Shown: positions 11,145 to 19,553 of the stretch, one piece after another | How the letters are laid out: each line of letters opens with the position of its first letter | Position numbering within the stretch: position 1 is the stretch's first letter | Source: Thermoplasmatales archaeon | GTDB lineage: Archaea; Thermoplasmatota; Thermoplasmata; Thermoplasmatales; Thermoplasmataceae | Assembly (NCBI GenBank): GCA_026127925.1 | Contig: JAJSLM010000006.1 | Coordinates: forward strand, 22,302-86,301 | Reading direction: 5' to 3' | Length of the DNA: 64,000 bases | Program-made: the position numbers and the translations under genes | Notes under the pieces: model-generated | Seen by the model: the letters and a program-made list of their open reading frames with translations, nothing else | Database searches by the model: none | What the model was told of the DNA's origin: nothing

Positions 11145-11649
11145 AATGGCAAGAATATTTCTGTTTGGAAATAACATTGATACAGACGTTATTGCGCCTG
11201 GCGGCTACTTGCATTTGCCTCTAGAGTCGCAAAAGGTTCACTGCTTTGAATCCATTTACCCGAACTTTTCGAAGCAGGTAAAAAGGGACGATATCATAAT
11301 AGCTGGGGAAAACTTTGGATCAGGATCATCTCGGGAACAGGCCCCAGCCCTGCTCAGGGAAATAGGAATAGGCGGGGTATTTGCAAAAAGTTTTTCGAGG
11401 CTTTTCTTCAGAAACGCTATTAATGTTGGGCTATTCGTAGGTACATATAATTTCGATACGTTATTCAGTGATTGTGACGAGGTAACAGTATCATTCGAGG
11501 ACGAGGAAATCCGTTCGCAGAATTCGGTGTTGCATTTCACCTCGCCGTCTGGTATACCAAGGGATATACTGATGGCTGGAGGTATGATCAACTTCGCTAA
11601 AAAAGTGATACAAAATGGAAGTGTGAATCGGGATAAGTTAACAGAATAA
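11137..11649 (+). CDS. leuD: Aconitase-family dehydratase small subunit (LeuD/HacB type)
   Basis: Starts right after the large subunit with a small overlap; GENFGSGSSREQA swivel-domain motif. Confidence 0.8.
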   Translation: MSEMARIFLFGNNIDTDVIAPGGYLHLPLESQKVHCFESIYPNFSKQVKRDDIIIAGENFGSGSSREQAPALLREIGIGGVFAKSFSRLFFRNAINVGLFVGTYNFDTLFSDCDEVTVSFEDEEIRSQNSVLHFTSPSGIPRDILMAGGMINFAKKVIQNGSVNRDKLTE

Positions 11650-11675
11650 AAAAGTGTTAAAAATTAGGAAAGGTC

Positions 11676-13046
11676 CTAATTTGCAATCTGCTCAACAAAT
11701 CTCCTTGTGCTTTTTGGACCCAGCAGTATTAGAACTAGGGAAACTATGACAACCAGAATCCACACAAACGTGAATATGCCAGGTGCGTTTTTGGCGCCTA
11801 TGAAAAATACAATAAACAGGACAAGAATTGTTGTTGAGATCCTGCTTATAGAATAGACGAACCCGGCTGCTGTGGTTCTGACCCTTGTAGGGAAGATCTC
11901 TGCGTTATATTGATGCATGAAGTTCGAGAAGTTCCACAGCATGAAAGCTGTTAGGAATCCAAAGATGACTGCTTCATCTAGCCCATGAATTATAGCAAAG
12001 AATGTTCCGAAAACTCCACCAAGGATGGCGAACATTATAATACCCCACTTTCTTTCTATTTTGTCTATAATGAAAATATTGAACACGCTTCCTACCAGGA
12101 AACCAGAGAATATCACCGCTGCAGCTCCTAATGGATCGCTCTTGGGATACGCTACTACGACCAATCCTGGGGCAAACGTGACGAATCCATAAAATATGCC
12201 AGACTGGAAAAACATAAAAATCGCCATCATTATAGTGGTCTTTCTCACGTCCTTTGCAAATATGTCCTTATATTTAGAAACCTGAATCGGGGTCTCAAGA
12301 GTGTCCGTAACAGGTGGGAGTTCTTTTAACCCGGTACTCTTCTTTACCTCATCTTCTATCTTGTCCATCATCTTTTCGGCTTCTTTCATCTTTCCATGAT
12401 TCGCCAGCCATCTCGGGGATTCCTTTAATCTGAATCTTACCAACCAGACAATTATCCCTGATATCCCCATGATCCAGAGTGGTATCCTGAAAGAGTAATA
12501 TGGGATACTGGCGGTCAGTGATGTGATGTATATTATCAAGGGTGCAGATGTAACCGCTATGGTATAGATCAGGGCAAGCCACGCTCCCCTGTTTTTTCCA
12601 GTGAAAACTTCAGTTCCATAACTGTCTACCAGTGGGAACTCCCCTCCAACTCCTATACCGCCTATCAATACGAATATTGCAACAAGTTGCCAATCGGTCA
12701 TGAATCCGGCAATAATCATTCCAAGACCGAATAACAATTGATTGATCAGGAACACTGCCCTTCTTCCTCTGGTATCTGCAAGCCTTCCGAATAGAATGGA
12801 ACCTATGAACTCGCCAACAAAGAAGAATGCCGGAAGTGCATATGTGGACAAATCTCCGGTTAAGGCAAAAGCTGTTGCAACAAGCCCAAGAATAGCTCCA
12901 TTTCCAAGCAACATTAAGCTCTCAGCCCACTCTCCGCTTGTAAGCATAAGAGCAAATTTTACATGAAAACTGCTACGCGGTAATCGTTCTAGCCTTCCTG
13001 CAATATTTTCAGGATCGTACCTAGGGTCTACCATATTAAGATGCAC
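11676..13046 (-). CDS. MFS transporter (metabolite:H+ symporter-like)
   Basis: GRLADTRGRR and LKESPRWL motifs, 12 TM. Confidence 0.75.
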   Translation of the reverse strand: MHLNMVDPRYDPENIAGRLERLPRSSFHVKFALMLTSGEWAESLMLLGNGAILGLVATAFALTGDLSTYALPAFFFVGEFIGSILFGRLADTRGRRAVFLINQLLFGLGMIIAGFMTDWQLVAIFVLIGGIGVGGEFPLVDSYGTEVFTGKNRGAWLALIYTIAVTSAPLIIYITSLTASIPYYSFRIPLWIMGISGIIVWLVRFRLKESPRWLANHGKMKEAEKMMDKIEDEVKKSTGLKELPPVTDTLETPIQVSKYKDIFAKDVRKTTIMMAIFMFFQSGIFYGFVTFAPGLVVVAYPKSDPLGAAAVIFSGFLVGSVFNIFIIDKIERKWGIIMFAILGGVFGTFFAIIHGLDEAVIFGFLTAFMLWNFSNFMHQYNAEIFPTRVRTTAAGFVYSISRISTTILVLFIVFFIGAKNAPGIFTFVWILVVIVSLVLILLGPKSTRRFVEQIAN

Positions 13047-13184
13047 TAGTTAGAAATATTTAAAGTTACCTTGTAACAGGTTAAAGTTTTACTCAGAATA
13101 TTTTGACCGTTGAGACATTTATTTTCCCACTGATAAAATTGCCAACGAAAAAGTTAGGCGAGGCTGTGTTACAGCAATGAATAA

Positions 13185-13838
13185 TTAATTTCCCAAGAAC
13201 TTCTGTAAAATCTTCCTCTCTCCATTTCTCAGGTGATACAGCACGCTGGTCTTAGAAGCGCCCACGGAATTTGATATCTTTGAAAGCTGTGCTGTCCTTG
13301 GCCACGAGTAATAGCCGGCAGAATAGGCAATTCTAAGAATCTTCCATTCCACAGGGGTAATATTAGCCAAAGGGTAATAGTGTAATATATTGAAAGAACT
13401 CAACAGAATGTTTTCATCATTTATTCGATCGTAATTCATTGTCTCGATCTTGTTGCCAGACTTTAAGACATTCTTTTCCACTGTTTCAATGCCTTCCAGA
13501 TCCTTGACAACGTATCCGAAGTTTTCGGTCCCATTTTTTGCTATCACGGGCATTAACAATAATCCACTCCCTTCCGATATGGCTGAGATCATCCCATGAC
13601 CTTTCTTTTCTCCGTATATGAAAACAGCTCTCTTCATTTTTGAAATATGGATATCAAGAAAATCCTTGGATAAATCATGCCTCATGGAATCCTTGTTCTT
13701 ATCATCACTGAAGGCAAATACCATATTTTTCCCATTTGATCTGTGGTTTACAGAAGTTGTTATTATACTGCTTTCAGAAGAATCTGCAGCTAGTGTCAAA
13801 CCGCACTGGCTTACAATTGTTAGGTTAACCAGGAGCAT
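13185..13838 (-). CDS. Transcriptional regulator with C-terminal Bat-type HTH_10 domain
   Basis: C-terminal TPVEWKILRIAYSAGYYSWPRTAQLSKISNSVGASKTSVLYHLRNGERKIL resembles the bacterio-opsin-activator HTH. Confidence 0.6.
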   Translation of the reverse strand: MLLVNLTIVSQCGLTLAADSSESSIITTSVNHRSNGKNMVFAFSDDKNKDSMRHDLSKDFLDIHISKMKRAVFIYGEKKGHGMISAISEGSGLLLMPVIAKNGTENFGYVVKDLEGIETVEKNVLKSGNKIETMNYDRINDENILLSSFNILHYYPLANITPVEWKILRIAYSAGYYSWPRTAQLSKISNSVGASKTSVLYHLRNGERKILQKFLGN

Positions 13839-13912
13839 AGTACTCTAATGGAAGCAACAAATAAAGATTTTCTATATTTTATATATTTTAATTCGTCATT
13901 TGCCGATGTAAT

Positions 13913-15076
13913 TCAAAGTAAAGTACTTATTTTTCTTAGATGATCAATTTTTTCCTGTGAGTAACCTAATGACTTAAGCACGGCATCAGTGTCCGCCCCT
14001 AAATCTGGTACCATGCCAGTATATTCATTTCCGTATACTGGAGTCGCAGGTACTCTTAGTATTTTCCCATCGTAATCAACTCTGACAAACTTGTCCTTTG
14101 CCTGATCGTCTTCCAGAAGCTCCCATGGTTTCTTAAGCATGGAGAAAACGATGTTGTTTTTTTCAAGAACTTCTATGACGTCTGAAGAATTGAGGCGCTT
14201 GATATTTTCAGCTATCCTTGGTATCAGAGTATCTCTGTTGAGGTATCTGCCATCATTGTGTTCGTAAATCCTTTCGGCGCAAAACCCCATGTTAAAGGAA
14301 AGGCAGAACTTCTTCCACTGATTATCTGTTGTTACCGCGATAAATATCTTTTTCCCATCCTTTGTATTAAAAAAGTCATAAATTCCCCAAGCAAACCCAC
14401 TCTCATTAATAGGATCGAGCTCTTTTCCTAGCATCTCTTCGGTCACGATGTGCTGCCCAACAAGGAACATAGCAGTTTCGAATAAACCGATTTCTATCTT
14501 TTTTGCTTCGTCACTTCCCCCCCTCTTAGAAAGAGCATCTAGAGCACCTACAACTCCAAATAGGGCAGAAGAGATGTCAACAACTGAGGCACCGACCCTA
14601 AGCGGGCGGTTCTTCAGGCCGTTCATGAAGGCCATACCACTATGCACTTCTATGGGGTAGTCAAGGGATTTTCTGTTCTGAAGCGGACCAGGGCCGTATC
14701 CATGTATTGATACGTAAATCAGATTATGCCGTATTTTTTTAAGATCCTTGAAGCCGAGTCCGAGAGAATCCATGGTACCGTTGCTAAGGTTGTCTATCAA
14801 GATATCCGAAGTCCTAACGATATCCTTGAACGCCTCCTTTCCCTCAGGCATCTTCAGATCTATAGCCACACTTTTTTTGTTCCTATTGAACGTTGGAAAA
14901 GCACCCTTACTTGATCCTTCTAACTTTCGAGCTATGTCTCCACCGTCAGGGTTTTCTATTTTTATTACCTCGTGCCCAAGATCTGCAAGAATTAGGCCTG
15001 CAGTTGGTCCAGCTACAATGTGACCAACTTCAATTACTCTTACCGTAAATGTCACCCCACATCTTTTTAAGTTCAA
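13913..15076 (-). CDS. Family III CoA-transferase (CaiB/BaiF/formyl-CoA transferase family)
   Basis: N-terminal VIEVGHIVAGPTAGLILADLGHEVIKIENP motif; the true start is probably internal, because the ORF overlaps the upstream gene by 47 nt. Confidence 0.75.
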   Translation of the reverse strand: MNLKRCGVTFTVRVIEVGHIVAGPTAGLILADLGHEVIKIENPDGGDIARKLEGSSKGAFPTFNRNKKSVAIDLKMPEGKEAFKDIVRTSDILIDNLSNGTMDSLGLGFKDLKKIRHNLIYVSIHGYGPGPLQNRKSLDYPIEVHSGMAFMNGLKNRPLRVGASVVDISSALFGVVGALDALSKRGGSDEAKKIEIGLFETAMFLVGQHIVTEEMLGKELDPINESGFAWGIYDFFNTKDGKKIFIAVTTDNQWKKFCLSFNMGFCAERIYEHNDGRYLNRDTLIPRIAENIKRLNSSDVIEVLEKNNIVFSMLKKPWELLEDDQAKDKFVRVDYDGKILRVPATPVYGNEYTGMVPDLGADTDAVLKSLGYSQEKIDHLRKISTLL

Positions 15077-16079
15077 TCAATGAGATCGGCTTCCCAGATT
15101 CAACGGATCTCCCCTTTGCAAGATCCATTAGTACCTTGAGTTTTCCCTCATCCACGGCAAGACCCTCTGACCTCAATATATTCTTTAACATGTTACGTCC
15201 CGTGTATACGTTAACCGAAAAGTTTTTTCCCACAAAAACATCGCCAAATGCTGCATGTGTGCCAGCGGTGTGGATCTTTACATTTTTTCCATACATCGGG
15301 AAATTGTCAGCAAAAAAACCTATTCCGATCTTTTCCACAATTAACGCTTTTAAATAATCATAGACGGCCATAAGCTTAGGCATTATTATACCTGTTGGAA
15401 CATTCATTGAAGATAGAATTGAAACCAGTGAGGCCGTGTCTGATATGCCGTTTCTTTCACCTATTCCAAATATAGTTGTATCAACATGATCCGCTCCTGC
15501 CTCGATCCCGGCCAGTGCATTTGCTATCGAGCTCCCAGAGTCGTTGTGACAGTGAACTTCAATCTCTGCATCCGTTATTCCTCTTACGAAATTAACAACC
15601 CTCCGTATCTTTTCCGGTGTTCCCTTTCCCATGGTATCTGGTAACTGTATTACGTCTGCACCGTTTTCCCTAAGCCCCCTAACAAGCTTTTCAATGTCTT
15701 CCAGAGAAAAATCTATAACGTCTACAATTGCAACTTCTACTTTTTTCCCGCTGTTAGAGGCGTACTTAACGGCATCATATACGCTACTTATGTCGTCGAT
15801 CTTGAATGGAAGATGCAGGGCTATATTTGCCCCTGTACGGAGAATTGTGTCAACATCTCCTCTGGTTGTACGACCAAGGGCAAACACTTCGTTAAATATG
15901 TTCTGTTCAACAATTTTTTTTGTTACAGCAACCTCACTTTCGTGCGCCGAAGGGTATGAAACAAGCGCGCTCTTAATTCCAGCCTCCTTCAGAAGCGACG
16001 CCAATTTTAGTTTCTCTTCAATTGTGAAAGCCATTCCAGGGGCCTGTAAGCCTTCCCTGAGGGTATCATCTTTAATCAT
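15030..16079 (-). CDS. DRE-TIM metallolyase (HMG-CoA lyase / citramalate-isopropylmalate synthase catalytic-domain-like) without a regulatory domain
   Basis: N-terminal DDTLREGLQ (DTxLRDGxQ-type) motif and HxH metal-site motif (EVHCHND); 349 aa. Confidence 0.7.
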   Translation of the reverse strand: MIKDDTLREGLQAPGMAFTIEEKLKLASLLKEAGIKSALVSYPSAHESEVAVTKKIVEQNIFNEVFALGRTTRGDVDTILRTGANIALHLPFKIDDISSVYDAVKYASNSGKKVEVAIVDVIDFSLEDIEKLVRGLRENGADVIQLPDTMGKGTPEKIRRVVNFVRGITDAEIEVHCHNDSGSSIANALAGIEAGADHVDTTIFGIGERNGISDTASLVSILSSMNVPTGIIMPKLMAVYDYLKALIVEKIGIGFFADNFPMYGKNVKIHTAGTHAAFGDVFVGKNFSVNVYTGRNMLKNILRSEGLAVDEGKLKVLMDLAKGRSVESGKPISLIELKKMWGDIYGKSN

Positions 16080-16135
16080 TGCAGGAATAACAACGCATAG
16101 GATTATTTGAAGTAGGCATATAATGTGTTAAAGTT

Positions 16136-17278
16136 TTACGGTCCGCCAGCATCCATCAGTAACGCAAGGACATCAATATTTTTAGCTGCTGTTTTTCTAA
16201 AGATCTCACTCACAGAGATTTCACTAAGTTCGATACCAGAAAGGCACTCCATAAAGCTTTCAAATGCAGTCTCTCTACTCTCCATGATTGTCTTGGTCAA
16301 TAAGTGTGAAAGCCTGTCCTCCTCCGTTAATCTCTTCTCAATTCGGCCTTCATACTTTCTGATTTTGCTGTTATTTTCTGTTCCCTGGCTTTCCACAATG
16401 AAATCAGCAGCAGCCATTGCTGTGGAGAATGCTTCATTGTACGATGTGAAAAAGAAGTGGTTGAAAAGTCCAGAAGCTAATCCTATGTTGAGGAATCTTC
16501 CGTTTCCGTAATCGATGTTTTGCAACGCCATAATTTTTTCACTCCCAGAGGTTACGCTATTTTCATAAAGTTCGCTTCTCTCTTTAACCATATCCACTGA
16601 GTCAACCGAAACATAGTTGATCCATTTTTTCGCTACGGGCATCTGATATTCTATTATCCTTGGATCGCCGGTACCCACGTGAATAGTGGGCTTTTGATTT
16701 TCTGTAGAATAGGCCTCTCTCTTGTACATGAAGTAAAAGTTGTCGAATTCTGCTGCATTGTGATAGCCGCTATTCAGTAGCAATGGTTTTATTCCACCTG
16801 TGGCATTTATAACATAATCCGCCTGTATGTTTCGGTACTTTCCCATCTTCAAGACGTGTAGGCCGTAACCATCTTTTTCCTTCAGGATATCTTTGACCTC
16901 TGATCTTATCTCAATTGCTGCTCCTTCTTCAACTGCAAGACTTGCCAGTTCCTTCTGGAATCTATCTCCAGCTATGACAGCATTGAAAACATCTTTTTCT
17001 GGCGTAGAATGCATGTAAAACGATGCCCCAGATTTATCAGAAGCAAAAGTTATTTCATTAATGTGGTCAAGTAATATGTTATCTGCGTTTACTCCTGTTT
17101 CCGTTAGCAACCTTGAATTTATGAGATCTGAGCACATGTCGGGAGCACCGATCTCAATTCTTTTGTCAAGCACAATCACTTTCAGGCCGTTTTCACTCAG
17201 CTTCCTAGCGGCTAAAGTGCCGGATGGGCCACCACCTATAATGGCAACATCGTATCTGGAATTTCCATTCTCTCCCAT
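16136..17278 (-). CDS. Geranylgeranyl-reductase-family FAD-dependent oxidoreductase
   Basis: YDVAIIGGGPSGTLAARKLSENGLKVIVLDK FAD-binding motif. Confidence 0.75.
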   Translation of the reverse strand: MGENGNSRYDVAIIGGGPSGTLAARKLSENGLKVIVLDKRIEIGAPDMCSDLINSRLLTETGVNADNILLDHINEITFASDKSGASFYMHSTPEKDVFNAVIAGDRFQKELASLAVEEGAAIEIRSEVKDILKEKDGYGLHVLKMGKYRNIQADYVINATGGIKPLLLNSGYHNAAEFDNFYFMYKREAYSTENQKPTIHVGTGDPRIIEYQMPVAKKWINYVSVDSVDMVKERSELYENSVTSGSEKIMALQNIDYGNGRFLNIGLASGLFNHFFFTSYNEAFSTAMAAADFIVESQGTENNSKIRKYEGRIEKRLTEEDRLSHLLTKTIMESRETAFESFMECLSGIELSEISVSEIFRKTAAKNIDVLALLMDAGGP

Positions 17279-17476
17279 GTGTAGGTCCTGATTGATAGTT
17301 TCATTAAAAGCATGACTGTTCGACTCTAAAACAAAAGAAGCGGTATTACGCTTAAATCTTTTTCAAATATTTGTAGCGTTCGGGGCTAAATGGAATGTTC
17401 ATAAAGGTTGGTGTTGACGTAAGGTTATCATCGGCAAATTTTAAATAAAATCTCGGATACGTGAGAGGACATTAAT

Positions 17477-18922
17477 ATGAAAGACAGCTATGATTACGAT
17501 ATTGTGGTCGCTGGCGGGGGACTATCAGGTACCGTTGCAGCGGCAATGGCAGCTAAAGCTGGTTTGAAGGTAATAATTCTTGACAGGAATGATCAAGATA
17601 ATGTGGGCCGAAAGACAATTTCCGGGTGGATATGTGGAGATGCTGTGGCCGGTTCTCATATAGATTATATAACAAGGAAGCTCGGGGTTTCTTTCGGAAA
17701 ACCTGAACTGGACAGGGAAGTCGACGGCGTCTATGCCATATCACCAGATCTCTCCACTCGCTTCAAGTTTGATGGCGTTGGATATACCCTTGATAGGCCA
17801 GAGTTCGAAACTAAGCTTTTGAACATAGCTCTTAAAGCCGGTGCTGATTACAAACCCCAGTTCGAAGTAGACGGCCCATTAATTGAATCAAACAGGATCG
17901 TTGGCGTGTATGGGCGAGACAAGGATAAAAACGAGATTAAGTTTCACTCAAAGGTAGTCATCGATGCCTTAGGTGTATCGACTGTCATCAGGAGGAAACT
18001 TCCAGAAAATCCATATGTCGATAGAACCGTAGATATAGACGATCTGGAGTATACTGGCCGTTACATCTATGAATTCGAGCTTGATCATACAGATCTGAGT
18101 TACTACGATCCGGATAACGCTCTGATCCACTTAAACAACGAAATTGCACCTGGAGGTTATGGCTGGGTCTTTCCTAAGAGCGACAACAAGATCAACATAG
18201 GTCTAGGCGTCCAGAAAACAAGCCTGGAGATAAGAAACAAAGCTATGGGGCGCTCTGACAATCTTCAGAGCCTTATTGATCAGTACGTGAAATGGAATCC
18301 AGTATTCAAGAACCTGAAATTGTTCAACAAGAACAACAACGGTAAGGGAAACTGGTCCGTTGCCGTTAGAAGGCAGATGGAATCGCTTGTCTACGAAGGT
18401 TATCTCGGTGCCGGGGACAGCATGGTAATGCCCAACCCTATAAGCGCAGGCGGTATAGGCCCTGCACTCATTTCAGGGGTTCTGGCTGGAGAGAATGCAG
18501 CTCTCGCTGTAGAGAGCAGAGATACAAGCGTAAAAGCAATGTGGAAATATAACCTTGAGTTCAATGAAGCATATGGAAAGAAAACCGCTGGAATGGAGAT
18601 ATTCAGGATATACCTGCAGTCTCTTAACAACAAGGTCCTCAACTATGGAATGAATAAGTTTCTTACTACAAAGGAAGCTTCTGACATAACACTGGGTCTT
18701 GTTCCCGAACTTAGTCTTGCATCAAAGTTCAAGTTTGTCCTCAAGGGAGCAAGCAACATTAATGCTTTCAGAAACCTTGTTTTCGTCATGTCAAAAATGA
18801 AGGAAATGAACGCCATATACGAGAACTACCCGAAGAGTCCTGATGAGTTTATATCCTTTAAAAGCAGGGTAAAAGAAAACATAGAGGACGCGAAGACCAG
18901 GTTCAAGCCTAACCCCGTTTAG
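17477..18922 (+). CDS. Geranylgeranyl-reductase-family FAD-dependent oxidoreductase (long paralog, 481 aa)
   Basis: YDIVVAGGGLSGTVAAAMAAKAGLKVIILDR FAD motif; divergently transcribed from the other GGR-like gene. Confidence 0.75.
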   Translation: MKDSYDYDIVVAGGGLSGTVAAAMAAKAGLKVIILDRNDQDNVGRKTISGWICGDAVAGSHIDYITRKLGVSFGKPELDREVDGVYAISPDLSTRFKFDGVGYTLDRPEFETKLLNIALKAGADYKPQFEVDGPLIESNRIVGVYGRDKDKNEIKFHSKVVIDALGVSTVIRRKLPENPYVDRTVDIDDLEYTGRYIYEFELDHTDLSYYDPDNALIHLNNEIAPGGYGWVFPKSDNKINIGLGVQKTSLEIRNKAMGRSDNLQSLIDQYVKWNPVFKNLKLFNKNNNGKGNWSVAVRRQMESLVYEGYLGAGDSMVMPNPISAGGIGPALISGVLAGENAALAVESRDTSVKAMWKYNLEFNEAYGKKTAGMEIFRIYLQSLNNKVLNYGMNKFLTTKEASDITLGLVPELSLASKFKFVLKGASNINAFRNLVFVMSKMKEMNAIYENYPKSPDEFISFKSRVKENIEDAKTRFKPNPV

Positions 18923-19553
18923 TCCCGCTATAATATTCACAATATTTGTTTATCCTGCATTTTTTGCATAACGGATGCACTGGCTTGCAAATAGTTTTTC
19001 CGAATTCCACCATTGTAGGGTTGAACCCAATCCACATTTTTTTTGGCACTATCTTTTCGAGAATACGTTCGGTTTCCTCTGGGTCAGATGATCTTGACCA
19101 CCCTACTCTGACGCTTATTCTCTGAACATGAGTGTCTACGGCTATGGCCGGAATTGACATGGAGTCCGAGAGAACAACATTTGCGGTCTTCCTGCCCACT
19201 CCCGGTATCCTGGTCATGTCTTCAAGGTTTTTCGGAACCTTTCCTCCAAATTCATTTACAATTAAGCGTGCAGCATTTATTATTCTCCCCGATTTAACAT
19301 TGCTGAATCCGACTCTTGCTATCAGTTCCTTTACGTCATTGACATCTGCACTGCTCAGGTTTTCTGCAGTTCTGTATTTGTTGTAGAGGCCCCTTGCAGC
19401 GGCATCTGTAACCTCATCCTTCGTCCTGTGCGAAAGCATTGTTGTGATAAGAACCCAGAATGGATCTCTGAATTCAAAATGATGAGGTGGACTCATCTTT
19501 CTTATTTCCTTGTATATTCGTGGAAACGTTTCAATTGCTTTTTTCCTGTTCAA
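18909..19553 (-). CDS. nth: Endonuclease III (HhH-GPD DNA glycosylase with 4Fe-4S cluster)
   Basis: HhH-GPD region (GVGRKTANVV) and C-terminal CKPVHPLCKKCRINKYC cluster loop. Confidence 0.85.
   Translation of the reverse strand: MNRKKAIETFPRIYKEIRKMSPPHHFEFRDPFWVLITTMLSHRTKDEVTDAAARGLYNKYRTAENLSSADVNDVKELIARVGFSNVKSGRIINAARLIVNEFGGKVPKNLEDMTRIPGVGRKTANVVLSDSMSIPAIAVDTHVQRISVRVGWSRSSDPEETERILEKIVPKKMWIGFNPTMVEFGKTICKPVHPLCKKCRINKYCEYYSGTKRG

Noticed and set aside
9918-11649. LeuC/LeuD-like pair as the phosphomevalonate dehydratase of the archaeal alternative mevalonate pathway
   Set aside because: That enzyme belongs to the aconitase-X family, not the LeuCD branch. The DSHT/CGACAG motifs and subunit sizes here are those of isopropylmalate/homoaconitate isomerases.
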